DNA from: Basidiobolus meristosporus CBS 931.73
Lineage: Eukaryota; Fungi; Basidiobolomycota
Reading direction: 5' to 3'
DNA: 64,000 nucleotides
NCBI GenBank assembly: GCA_002104905.1
Contig: MCFE01000059.1
Location: forward strand, 130,856 to 194,855
The notes below the pieces were generated by a model. That model was not told where the DNA came from. It saw nothing but the letters and a program-made list of their open reading frames with translations, and made no database searches. Both the position numbers and the translations under genes were made by a program. Positions 1 through 12,071 of this stretch are shown here, piece by piece. The number at the start of each line of letters is the position of its first letter. The stretch's first letter is position 1.

Positions 1-370
1 TCACTGCGAACAAGAAGACCTCGGCGTTGACCATGACGGTTGCAGGGAACGTGAAGCAAGTGTTGTCGATTGTGTTGGCCGTGACCATATTCAACCTTGA
101 CATCTCGGCGATGAATGGACTAGGGATCTTCTTGACACTGTTTGGAGGCTGTTGGTACACGTAAGTAGCCATGATGTGGATAGCTGGGTGTGAGAGGGCT
201 CGAGCAGGAGAGCACCGGACCAGATGAGTGAAACGCGAAGGCTAACTGTAATCCTGATATTTCTAGATATATCGAATACAAGGAGAAAGAACAGAAGGCA
301 TCAAATACTAACAAGATTGTCGCAAGTGAACCTCAACGTTTTTCATCAATCCGCACTGAAAAAGTTTAGG
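1..370 (+). CDS. Triose-phosphate/nucleotide-sugar transporter (TPT family), 3' end only
   Basis: Frame 3 reads TANKKTSALTMTVAGNVKQVLSIVLAVTIFNLDISAMNGLGIFLTLFGGCWY, the typical TPT C-terminal helices. GTAAGT intron 161-266; last exon ends at TAG 368-370. Confidence 0.8.
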
Positions 371-1410
371 TGTATCTTTAGCGATAGTAACCCTTTTGGT
401 GAAGGCTGTCTTCTAAATGATGTACGCGATGCTGGGGAATAGCGGTATTACTGCGTTCCATCATGTGTTGATTCATTAGATTTTCGCATTTTCACTGAAT
501 ACTGTATTTCTCAAGTATTCCATCAAATTCCACCGCTGACTTTGTTCTAAACATTTTCCGAATGTTTTCCGAATGTTTTGTTACCCCAAAGTCCTTTATT
601 GATTAATATTGTACTATAGCCGCCAATACTACAACCTGCTCTACCCAGTCATACCATACCATTAATTAAATCAGGCTACTTGTTAACCTTTAATTCATCG
701 AATTATATCCATGATATTTGTTCAGTAAGGGAGTTGAACTATTGGAATCTGTAAACAAACATGCGGACGGTTGAGTAAGATTGATGTGTAGGCACAGTAC
801 AGTTTCTCGGTAATGTATGCTTTGTATTCAGACTATTTTGACTTGTTCTATTCCGGCTGTATTGTTGTAAAAACCAGGACTTTTTTCATTTCTTAAATCC
901 TTTGCAATGCTGCCCCCGTCACCTCTGGTGGATTGTGCTAGCCAAGTCAGGGCAAACAATCCCTGTAAATCTATGGATTTTTGTATCGAATGGGCTCTTT
1001 AGGAATATGGTTCTTAAGATGGAGATTTGAAAGTACCAGCTACCCTGCTTCTAGCGTATACCACAAGGTAAACATATTTATACAGAAGCCCTGCTTAAAC
1101 AGGATGGACTTAAATCGGTGGATTAAGGAGTTTTACTCCTGTAGCTGAGATACTTGAACTCATTGAAATATTTTGTCCCCTGGAATAACGGCAAGTTGGT
1201 TACTGCGTCAGTGCTCAGCTCTGAGTTAACCATTGTTACAGCAGCGCACGTAGTGCGAGATTGTCAACAAAGCTATGCTTAAACCATTACCATAGTAAAT
1301 CATGTAATCCATTGCTAAGTATGTGGTTGATTCTATTCTGGATATATACTAAGAACATTTGGTGCGTGCTTTATTCATAAATCGATTGCTTATCTACTGA
1401 ATTCACCATC

Positions 1411-3006
1411 CTATAGATCCATATAACGCCCATGGAACCCAAAAGGCACTACATGTTGTTGAGTGAAAGTGGCGCGAGCTATTTCGGTCAATTCCTTAGC
1501 ATCTAATACCACCAAGAAACTTTTCCCTTTGTTGCCATCAAGGATGACACTTAGCAATACTCCATCATCCTCTGCTGTTGCATTGGGACTGGGAATGAAG
1601 ATGGGTTCCGAAGGAGTACACCCAGGGTGCTGCCAAACCCAGAATCTTCCTTCGGGGCCATCCACTCCTTCCCGATTGTCCAAGTCGATCTTTAAGATCC
1701 GGTCAAACAGAGGGGTCTTGGTGTCTCTTGAATTGGATACGCCGTAGATGTACCGGTATGGCTTCGTTATCAGATGGGGACTAAATGTTGGTAATTCGAT
1801 GTCCAGAGAATCTGGTGCTTTGAAGAGCAACTTGGCGGGGACTTTTTCCTCTGGATTCTGGGTGGAGGGCGAGTTCAGCTCAATTCGATACACAGACGGC
1901 AAGTATTTTGTTGATCCTGGACGGTAGTTTCGAAGTTTATCAATGTACAGCGTAGAGATTATTCCATTATCCTTGTATGCAGAAAAGTCCATTACGATAT
2001 TGCCTTCAGCATCTTCCCATGAATTGAGCGAATGGAAGCAAAACACAGGCTGGAAGGTGTACGTAGCAACATGCTCTTTCTTATTGCGGTCCACAACGTA
2101 TATATGTGTCTTCGAGTTGGGATCCCAATGGTTGAAGGAGGCAACTACATTCCGTTTCAGGAGAATGTTCAAGCCATTCATGCTATAGTAGCATGGCCAT
2201 ATGGCTAGGATGACATAGTTCTTGGTGACAAAAAAGCTATGAATGTAGGCGGGTGGCGCGTTGAGGGAGGCGAAGACCGTCACTTCAGGTTCAGAATCCA
2301 CATCGGCAGCAGGTTTGATGCTAAAAAGATGGTAGGTCGCTTGTTTGCCAAACTCCAGGGTGAATCCAAATGTCTCGTGTGTATTGGGATCAAACTTTGT
2401 ATGGGCTGGCGCTAGAGACCCACGTAGTTTCGCGTTGAGGGTGGTGTAATTGAAGATACTCACTGGCTCCAGGGTGACAGGGTCTAGTGATTGCAGAGCA
2501 TTGGCGTCTGTCTTCACGACAAGATTCTGTACCGGCCCATCATTCACATTGCTGACGCCTGGAAAGTTCAATGATACAGTGACACCAATGTTGGCCTCAT
2601 CGGGCCTGCGATCTTTCGGCTGAAGCCCTGTTACCTCCTTGAAAATGGTGAAGTACTTATCGAAGATTGTCTGACAGGGATCTTGTCCAAAGGTGATCTC
2701 ATCCATTCCAAGGCCTTGTCGAAACTTCTCCTCTTTGCCTTTGGCGGTGTTCCGATTTCTGTATGCTACGTGTGAATCTCGGATTTCAAAGCGGTGGATC
2801 TGGGAGAGACCATCGAACCAGTGCTGAATGGAATACGGCTTGTCCGCCCCTGCAACAGGGATCTCATAAGTCCCGGGGCCAGCGCGATAGAGCACACCGT
2901 TCAACCAAGTGGGGATCTTGCCGGTGACCTCAAGTTCAATGGGTTCGAGGACCTCGGGGCAATTCTGAAGTCCTTGCTGATAAATGAAATCGGGCTCTGG
3001 TGCCAT
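1411..3006 (-). CDS. Carotenoid cleavage oxygenase (RPE65/CCO family)
   Basis: Intronless ORF with motifs GKIPTWLNGVLYRAGPG, HWFDGLSQIHRF and PSEPIFIP. Four Fe-ligand His are present (AHTKFD, YIHSF, CFHSLN, PFGFHG). First ATG is at 3006 (MAPEPDF); the track's extension to 3168 starts at a non-ATG codon. Confidence 0.92.
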   Translation of the reverse strand: MAPEPDFIYQQGLQNCPEVLEPIELEVTGKIPTWLNGVLYRAGPGTYEIPVAGADKPYSIQHWFDGLSQIHRFEIRDSHVAYRNRNTAKGKEEKFRQGLGMDEITFGQDPCQTIFDKYFTIFKEVTGLQPKDRRPDEANIGVTVSLNFPGVSNVNDGPVQNLVVKTDANALQSLDPVTLEPVSIFNYTTLNAKLRGSLAPAHTKFDPNTHETFGFTLEFGKQATYHLFSIKPAADVDSEPEVTVFASLNAPPAYIHSFFVTKNYVILAIWPCYYSMNGLNILLKRNVVASFNHWDPNSKTHIYVVDRNKKEHVATYTFQPVFCFHSLNSWEDAEGNIVMDFSAYKDNGIISTLYIDKLRNYRPGSTKYLPSVYRIELNSPSTQNPEEKVPAKLLFKAPDSLDIELPTFSPHLITKPYRYIYGVSNSRDTKTPLFDRILKIDLDNREGVDGPEGRFWVWQHPGCTPSEPIFIPSPNATAEDDGVLLSVILDGNKGKSFLVVLDAKELTEIARATFTQQHVVPFGFHGRYMDL

Positions 3007-3521
3007 GTCACAACCGAAGATTAAGGAGGGATTGGTATGTGGATGGATTGTGGCTAACACCAACCTAGGTGGATTGTATATATACACAGAATTCGGCTGT
3101 ATAGGAGACGCTTGGTAATCTACATTACTCAGATGAAACATATCAACTCTGTAGTTGTCTTTGGCCAATCAGGTTGTGGTACATACAAGGCTAAGGTGGC
3201 TTCACAGCAGTTCACCTTTCCTGTAGGTTCATCAACTTGACAGCCATTGGCTTACGAAAATCCCATACCTAGTGGCCGTTTTTACAATAAGGCTTAATGT
3301 ATGTCTCAACCTGCTCACGAACTCCACTTAAAAATGCCTGGAATGCATTACAGGAGCACAATGAAAGTTGGAATGATGTATGGTGATCCTGCATTAGAGT
3401 CCACATTGACTACAATAAACACAATGGACAGGAGGATTGGAGTTGTGGTGCTCATCCGGTCTTGAGTTTGTATAAAGCCCATGTTCAGGTCAGCGTGTGG
3501 TACGTGATACCTCCTTTGCCA

Positions 3522-4055
3522 ATGCGAACTCCCTTAATTTTATTAAGTTGTATATTTATTCTCCACTCCACACAGCTTGTGGATGGTCTTCCGCAGTACC
3601 TAGACATCAAACCTGATGAGCACCCATCTCAGGACCATGACTCACTGCGTGATTCATACAAATCTGTGGTGGATCTTAATCAGCATCATCGCTTCGAGAG
3701 CGAGCACGAATTGGTTGATCACAAGAAATACGACCTTGATGATGAGCTGTGGTTAGACGAGCTACAAAGGAATGGCACAGGTCACTCTTGGAACCCGCAT
3801 CAAAACCCTCAAGGCTACGACAATCGTTCAGCAGCAGGTGAATCACAATTTAGCGAGGTGTCTGGCCAACCCGAGGAATCCTTAGGTTCTCATGCATTTA
3901 TCAAGCCTGACGAAGACTCTACAGATGCAGCTACGGAGGCGGCAATCCACTACGAGGATGCTTCATGTCAAGAAATGGAAAGTTTAGTGTCCGCGAGCGA
4001 AGCAGAGCTTTGTGTTTCAACCCACCCGCCTATTGAGGAGATTCTCGAGGTTTAG
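3522..4055 (+). CDS. Small acidic secreted protein, unknown function
   Basis: ATG 3522 gives MRTPLILLSCIFILHSTQLVDG (signal-peptide-like) followed by a D/E/S/H-rich low-complexity body. No recognisable domain. Confidence 0.55.
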   Translation: MRTPLILLSCIFILHSTQLVDGLPQYLDIKPDEHPSQDHDSLRDSYKSVVDLNQHHRFESEHELVDHKKYDLDDELWLDELQRNGTGHSWNPHQNPQGYDNRSAAGESQFSEVSGQPEESLGSHAFIKPDEDSTDAATEAAIHYEDASCQEMESLVSASEAELCVSTHPPIEEILEV

Positions 4056-4639
4056 GGTCTTACTTTTCCTTCATCGTAATAACCGACATCATCTCCTACA
4101 CTCTTGAATGATATGTATGTTTTGCACTGAAGCTGGCCTCAGGCTTAGTTAGGAATTCAAGTTTGTCTAGTTATTTGCTACACTCCATCTATGGAACATC
4201 TCTATTCTTTCCAAACCTCCAGGGTATCTCTGGCACTCATTGGGTGTGTGCCTCCAACCACCGGTGAGACCTCTCTCGATCTGATATTTGATGCTTTGCC
4301 AAGCATAATATGTATTAATTAAGACCTCAGCTGCATCCCATTTCGTAGCCACGGGATGAGTTTGATCCAGAACCTGCGTTTGCTCAGCGTATTCAAGGCT
4401 TCTCGTATTCATTCAGAAATCGAGCGAAATAAATTCTTGGGGCTCCATAGTGATTCTGGCCCATACGAATTCAATATTGAGGCACTAAGATTAGAATCAG
4501 GAATTAGAGCTAAGCCACAAGCGCATCCTTGGAGTGCGTGATGTTGTGATTTTAGCCAATATTTATTAGGTTAAATAAATAAATATCAGGAGGCATTATA
4601 TCTAGCTGAATAAATATCTATGCAATCGTATGTGACATC

Positions 4640-6355
4640 CTAGCCACATTCATCCTCCTGTTCAGAATACCCATCAGATTGATCATCCGAGTCGTATTCA
4701 TCATCTGTGTAGTCAGAATCGTCCTCGCATTCGTCCTCTTCCTCATCGTCTTCATCCCAATCCTCTTCACAGTCCGAACAGAACAGATTCCCTTTCGAGT
4801 CGTATGGATAATCTGTAGATCCCCTACGTTGTTGTTGCCATGTGCCACCAACCCTACTCTCCTCTGAGGGTCGCAAATATGAGCCGAGGTATTTCATGTG
4901 CTGCGAAGCAAATGCCTCTTTCCAACCGTCTCGCAAGTAGAAGCCCTTTGAATAGTCGGGGTACTTTCTGTGTTGTTTCTGAAACGCAATGGGATGCATT
5001 CTTGACGGGGCTTCAGAATAATCTGGCGGCGAGTAGTGGATGGATTTCGGGGCGAAGCTGGAGGATCTTGGTGGCCTTAGCCCGGCTATCTTCCTAGCAT
5101 TCCAGTTGTTGATCGGGCGATGGTACCGAATCTCACTGTTGAATCTCAGCCTTCGGTTTCTCCTTTTAGGCGCTAACCGTTGAGTCTTCGACGGTCTTAA
5201 TTTGGGCCCCGATTGGTGCCACTTTCTCTGCTTGCTACTCTCCGGCAGTGGTGGATCCAGGAACTTGCAAGAGGGTTGCTTCGGATTTCTAGGATTTTGA
5301 ATCCCTCGAATAGCACTCTTACAGTACTCCGAATCTGATGTCACGACACATCCTGTACGGGGGTCACAATCGGCGTTTATTGGCCGCTCCCAGATCCTAT
5401 CGTCAATATTCCCTAGTCCGTCTTTCTCATAACAAAAATCGCCTTCCTTGGTTCCATGACTAATGGTCTCTAGAGGGTCGCCATCATTTGGCATGCATTT
5501 TGCAACGCTCGCTCTACCTTTACGACTACACTTTAGCTCGGGGTTTCCACCTGTAATTGAAAGCAATGAACAAGAGTAGTAAACTCTTGTTTCGGAAGCT
5601 GAGAGAGCAACCCATTGTAGCACATATCTACCATAGGAGAGTGGTCAGTCCCAACGAAGAATGAGAACGCGGACCAACTCGAAACATACCTTCCATCCTT
5701 AAGGTTTGTCGGAATAGTGATCGTAGTATCATATCGCTCAGTGTCATTTCTGTTTGACTGGTACTCACATCCTGGCCGAGCGTTGCAGGGGTGATCGCAA
5801 TCGCCATACTGGAATTTGTTAGGACGCTCATCATGCCCATAACACGTGAATTTCAAAACGTGACTGTAGAATGCAAGCTTAGGGACTGGCTATCTGGATT
5901 TGGCCCGAATGCTTATTACCTCTTGTATGCCTCTTCGTCATCAATCTGGGACTCGGGAACTAAAGCTAGGCGAACAAAGCCTCCGCCATGATTGTTACTT
6001 GGCTACATGTATGTCCATATGTGGATTAGTGGTTGTACTTGTGATTTGTCATCGGTCGCGATCACTCACCCATCCAACCTTGAGCCGTTCTCCTGCCTGG
6101 ATAGGAGTTACTGGTCTCTTGCTACCCCTTACGGTTTCTTGGTTGTTGAAGAATAAGAGTTAATGCTTGTGTATCATTTCAAAAGGATCCAGACAAAAGT
6201 GGTATCATATACATACCACAAGGGCCGTCATCATAATACCCTCGCTCCGGATTGGGATCAAAGGAGCGCGGACAAGATAGCCAACTATGGGCATAAGTAT
6301 ACTGAAAGCAATGAAAAACCAGAAAAGCGCCAAGAGTGAAGATAATATGTCTCAT
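4640..6355 (-). CDS. Secreted LPMO-like copper-binding protein (histidine brace) with Cys-rich module and charged tail; 5 exons
   Basis: Signal MRHIIFTLGAFLVFHCFQYTYA is followed by mature His1 (HSWLSCP). Splicing four GT-AG introns gives ...LKVGWPSNNHGGGFVRLAL...DTTITIPTNLKDGRYVLQWVALSASETRVYYSCSLLSITGG, matching the LPMO fold pattern. Confidence 0.72.
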
Positions 6356-7082
6356 CTGGCAAAGGAGAGGCTCGAAGCACAACTTGGAAAGCTTCCTGCG
6401 GATCTTTGATTGCTATGCCTTACCCGATACGATAGAAGTGGTAATGTGGGAATTCGATGCCAAGCAATTGGTTCTTCAACAATAGCGCCTGGTTTATTAC
6501 AGAAAGTGGGAAAATGTTGGTCCATGGCGGCTACTTATACAATAGACACCTCGTACTCGGAGATATCCATTGCAAAACCATCTCTTTCAAACGGATAAGA
6601 GGAATTAGGTTTCAAAAAGCCTTCACTAAATTCCTACGATTTCTTTCGGTTTTGGAGATGGCTCCCTGTGATAGCAGGGGAATTGGAGCAGCAAGAAAGT
6701 TCCGAGCCATGGCAACGTTTCGAGGACAGACCACTCCAGGGATTTTTCAGCGACAGTGATAGTATCCGGATAACCAATAGGAAAGTTGGCATGACAATGG
6801 GTCGTTAGATTGATCATCTTGTGCTCCGCGATTTCCGATACGTGGGCAAGCATACCTTGCATCCAACATGCTGAATGATGGGCCTAGCAAGCGCCACTAC
6901 GTGAATGCCGGATCTCTGACAATTTCCTGGCTTTTATTGGTGGGGGTGTAGTATTAAGATTGATATATGACGCTAGATAAGTTTTAGGTTGCATCTAGTA
7001 GACAAGATAACGTATACAAAACTGTTGCCAGTGCGAATATAATGCGGACAGCTTAGTCTGCATTTGGTAATGGGTTGGCGTG

Positions 7083-8733
7083 TTATAAGGTGAAGCGGAA
7101 GGTGGGATTCTCGGCGATTTCGTCGACGATGATCCCGTGTGACTGATCTCTATCAAATTTGTGATTCTCGCGCTTGAACAGAGTTCGTATGATCAGCGCC
7201 AAAATCACCGCCATGGTCAGAAAGCTAACGTTAATCATATGGCTACGCAAGTATTGGGGCGCCTCATCGCCTCTATAGAACTGACCCGATATGGCCCCTT
7301 CGAATTCATCTTGGTAAGTATTGGCCACTGCGAATGGATGAAACAAGTATACAGACCTCCACAGTTCCCGAATGCTATGACCATTCCTGAGGCCGTAGCT
7401 GACTTGGTGGAGCCAACTGAATTGTTGGTGACCCACGATAACAGCACCGGTACACATGCAAACGTACCCATTACGGTGATACATGCAGCAATGTACCTCC
7501 CTTTAAGATCGTCCAGGATGGCCAGGAGAACAAACCCCAAAATCCCCATACAGCCTGAACACACAAGGTGCACACAGCGCTCTTTAGTATGATCAGAGTG
7601 GATGGCGTATCCGATTGAGAAAATAAAAGCGAGAATATATGGCGGCGCTGTTAGCAGTTGTGCAATTAAATGCGTGAACCCAAGCCCTCGTATAATGGTG
7701 GGTAGCAGAAGCGCTAGCGAATAGACCGGCGTATTGATCCCAATATACATGAACATGTATAGCCATGTCTTGGCATTGAGGACCGTCGCTAAAAATTGGC
7801 CTCGGTCAAAGCCATGGTCCGATTCAACTGTAACGGCGCTGTCGTAGCGGAGCCTTGACTCCGCCAGCTCTTTTTCAGACTCAGACAACCAACTTGAGGA
7901 TTCTGGGTCATCAGGAAGATAGAACCAGACGACAATACCAATTATGACTGTTGGAATACCTTCAAGAATAAAGATCCACTGCCACCCTCTCAACCCTCCT
8001 GTTCCCGATATTTGACTTATAAAGAAGGCCAACACTCCGCCAAAGGCGCCGGCCAATGAAGCTGACGCAAAGAATAATGCTACACGCGTGCATTGCTCGT
8101 CGCGGGTATACCAAAATGTCAGATAGAACACAATCCCTGGAAATAAACTACCTTTTCTATTACTTCCTGAGAGGCCGATTGTAAGTGATATCTTGCTAAA
8201 GCCTACCCAGCTTCCGCCACACCTAGAAAGAATCTAGTGGCCAGTAGGCCGGCGTAGCTTTTGACGCCGGCCATTGCAATGGTAACGCCTCCCCAGGTTA
8301 CCATGATACGAGCTATCCACCGCGATGCTTTCCACTTTTTGAGCATTAAATTTGACGGCACCTCAAATATAACGTAACCTAGATTGTATGTTGTCAGTTG
8401 AAGGAATTCCCTCCAATTTTGCATTGGACATACCAAAAAAGAATATAGAGAGTGCCCAGGAATATTGCGAGCCGTCTATGTTTAGGTCCTCTTCTATGTT
8501 ATCTAGCCGTGCATTGCCTAGATTTTATTATGTTTAATGGCGATCATAGAGTGGTGTGAAAGTTCATTTTACTTACCGATATTAGTACGGTCAATAAAAG
8601 CACATAGATACAACAGGCTCACAAAGGGGATAATCCGTAGATCAAATTTGCGACGGAGCTTCCTCTCTAGCTCCCTTCTATTCTCAGAGACGGACTCAAC
8701 ACGTATACTAGTTCTTTTCGTTACTGTGTCCAT
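7083..8733 (-). CDS. MFS transporter, anion:cation symporter (Dal5/Tna1-like) family; multi-exon
   Basis: Spliced reading gives KLRRKFDLRIIPFVSLLYLCAFIDRTNIGNARL...GYVIFEVPSNLM...RFFLGVAEAG...WQWIFILEGIPT...APPY. ATG at 8733. Confidence 0.9.
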
Positions 8734-10363
8734 CGTTTACGGAATCCCAGAAAAATGGGGGTGTCCTAGATTTAGAGTGGCCAGAATTCTTGGGAACTGG
8801 AATGGTTTTATACCTGGATACACTCCAGCTCTCCTTACCTTATCGATCATTGGATTGGCCTCTTTATTTAAGCGGTATGGCCAGTTTGCTATTTAAACGG
8901 TGCGGCAGATCCAATGCTGTTGCTCTGAAATACTATAGCCTATGGTGTGATTGCATTGACTGCCCCTTCATTTCGGCCTGGCATTACATTAGTCTATGCC
9001 CTGCAACCACCGAATCAGAGACTGGATGGCAGAAACTACATGTACTCATAGATGCAAACATAGATATTGATTTAGCATTCTCCCTGCACGAATACTTGTT
9101 TGGAGAATCAACCTTAGGATTTATGCACCTCGGCAGGCTTGATTAGTCCTATACATGAACTGCAGTTCAAGAACGCCCTACGTCATTACTCTGTTTATGT
9201 TCGACCAACACCATGTGACGATGTTTGTGAAGAGCGATCCACAATACGATATAGGCTCGTTTATTAATATAAACTTGAGGTCAACTTTGATGGTTGGGAA
9301 TACCGTGCGAAAGCCTCGTCATCCACCCCATTTACTGGAGATCTGCATATCGCAGATACTAGGGTTCATTGATGTTTATCATCTCTCCTTTTCTTACAGC
9401 AACGGTACCAAGTGTTGCATACGGCTTGTTTGCGAATAGGCGATCCGTGTTTGTTTTTTGACGCTGTTATTGGGGCATGGCCCATGAAATGATCATGTCT
9501 ATGTGATTCTAGGACAACATCATACGTGTATGGTTTGGGAGTACGGCAACCGATTAAGATGGATATTCCGGTATTCGTGGCTAATAGATACTGTCCATCT
9601 TTGAACATGCGCTCGAAAATCATTTTAGATTATGTAAGCGTTTTCTCCCAAATGTTAGTTGAATCTTCTCACTGGACAGGGAAGCGTGGGCAGGATTTTC
9701 AAGAGGAGCATTAACTTGGCACGTGGGTTCAGATTTAGTAAACGAACCGATCTTATCAGGATACAAGGCGGTTCTACGTAGAGTTGAACCTTCAGCCGTA
9801 GATAAGGTTACTTCGAACATTCACCACCACCCTGCAATCACACCCAATTCAGCCGTTGATGCGCAGTTATTACCCACAATTAACACAGCGTACTTCAATG
9901 TAATGATAGTAACTTCGACGATAGATACTTGTTGGTAAATGATGTATATACTTTTACAATCAAATACACCACCATAACTTCGTAGCTACATTGCTAATGT
10001 ATATCGAAATGATCTCGGACCTAACCATGCCAAATTACATTCATGCTGCTATGGCTTAGTAACCGGGTGGAAGTGCTGTTTGACTCCCCTTGGTTAATCT
10101 TTAATTATTTGAACTGCGTTGCTCAGCTCCAGGTAGAGCAGTCACGCAGGTCAATAGTATGCTTGACATGGTCTAGAAATTAGTCCCAAAAGATCCGTGT
10201 ACATTAATGGAAAATTGTGGCACAAATCCGCTTCGGACCACAGATGATGTTGAAATCCAATAGCATCGAATAGATGATTCGGAGCATCAATAATCATAAA
10301 AAACTTTTACTGTGAATGTAGATATTAGCTTTCTCTTGTGAGAACGGGCAAACGTTGATTATC

Positions 10364-10807
10364 ATGTCTGCCAAAAAACCTGCTGCCACCGCATTTTTGA
10401 GAATCCTGGTCCCAGCTGGTAAGGCGTCCCCCTCACCTCCAGTTGGTCCCGCTTTGGGCCAGCGTGGTATCAAATCCATGGATTTTTGTAAGCAATTCAA
10501 CGACCGTACGAAAGATATTGAGCCAGGCACCCCCATCCCCACGGTTATCACAGTTAAGCCAGACCGCACTTTCAGCTTTGTTACCAAGAGCCCGCCCACC
10601 TCTTGGCTACTCAAACGTGCAGCTGGTGTCGAGAAGGGAAGCTCTCAGCCCGGCAATCAAATCATAGGCAAGATCTCTCTAAAGCACGTCTATGAGATTG
10701 CTCTACGCAAGCAAAACGACGCCAACCTGGCTCATCAAGAATTGAAGAATATCTGTGGTTCGATTGTCGGCACCGCCAGATCCGTTGGTATCGAAGTCGT
10801 CCCCTAA
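10364..10807 (+). CDS. MRPL11: Mitochondrial ribosomal protein uL11m
   Basis: AGKASPSPPVGPALGQRGIKSMDFCKQFNDRT, FSFVTKSPPTSWLLKRAAG, GSIVGTARSVGIEVV. Confidence 0.95.
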   Translation: MSAKKPAATAFLRILVPAGKASPSPPVGPALGQRGIKSMDFCKQFNDRTKDIEPGTPIPTVITVKPDRTFSFVTKSPPTSWLLKRAAGVEKGSSQPGNQIIGKISLKHVYEIALRKQNDANLAHQELKNICGSIVGTARSVGIEVVP

Positions 10808-12071
10808 ACTGCATTCGTATTCTTTAATAAACCTCATGTACTTAGTTAATATTTGACTGTAACGCTAGCTATATAGCGCGCAGTCAATCTATCAAATAGA
10901 CTGAATAATTATTTGTCTGTTCGCTTGGCTCGATAGATGCTGTTCGACAGCAAGTATATTGTTATTCTGCGGCTGCACACCCTCGTGAGGGGGTGGATAG
11001 TTTGCGGTGCCACATAAGCATATGAATGGATAAACCACACCAAGTATTCCCGTACTAAGCTCACTCCCAAAGTTCGAGAAGCTTCCGAACACATGTGATG
11101 TGACAAGTATACGGTTTGGCCTCCAAAGCCCGAAAGCCATCTCCTATGCTGATGACAGCAATTTCTCGTCAGCCATGCAATATAAACAAACGATCACCGC
11201 AAAAAGATATGTCGGTCCATTGTGAATAGACCAGTATCCGATTAGTAGGAGCGTGCTTGCAACCTCGTGATCGTGTACGGTGGATATAATCAGGTGAATG
11301 GCTAGTGTCTTCGAATCGTCTCTGCGCACTAGGTCGAGTACATGCTAGGGGGATTGTTAGGAGTGCGCAATTTTAACTGGGCAGATTCAAAATCTAGACC
11401 AGTTTGGTAATCACGGTCTTGGTGGTTTCAAAAATGGAGGTTTATCAATAAAACTCCGCGAAATTAAAGTTTTACCACTAGTCACTTGAAAAGCTCAATC
11501 AGTATTTCATGGAATGAGCAAACGGGAGTGATTGGTTTCAAGGACATGTTGGTGTATCTACCTGTACTATACACATCACAAGAAGTTGCAGAACGTGAAG
11601 GAAACCATGTGATTTACATATCCAAGGCCAAAGTCTGCACCTAGCAGGTTTCGTGATTTGAGTATTTCAGGTTTTCCGATATTTTCAACCGCTTTCAAGG
11701 CTCGGCATCATTGCACTATTGGTTGCTGGAGATTCGATCGAGAAGAGACACGCATTCAGTAGCTTGCCAAAGATGATGGCTTCTGCGTTGTTTTTCCCGG
11801 GAGAACGCTCTCAGATATGGAGTATAGGCATTCTGGGGAAATGTTAAGATCTGTGGTCTGTATAATTGGGTAGCTAAATTCAGTAATTCGCCATTAATGC
11901 TCGACTTTACATATTGTACACGTTTTATCAGGAAAATATGGGAATTTCGAGATGTGGCAAGTCCTTGAGTGATCGTATTAATGAGCAAGTACTCCATTTA
12001 AGGCAACCATTAAATCATGTTCACACCACCATATATAAGGTCATCTTGGAGCTGCTTCGAGCGTATACCAA

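Noticed and set aside
3007-3168. N-terminal extension of the carotenoid oxygenase in the ORF track
   Set aside because: Begins at a non-ATG codon and has no CCO-like sequence; ATG 3006 is preferred.
6457-6759. ORF with FITESGKMLVHGGYLYNRH, superficially like a FLYWCH/MULE zinc finger
   Set aside because: The W-x-C and later Cys/His ligands are missing, and no transposase or TIRs are nearby.
8790-9940. Cluster of 60-120 aa ORFs on both strands
   Set aside because: No recognisable motif and no coherent splice model.
10892-11329. Possible small spliced gene on the minus strand
   Set aside because: Needs a weak donor site, and the product resembles nothing I recognise.
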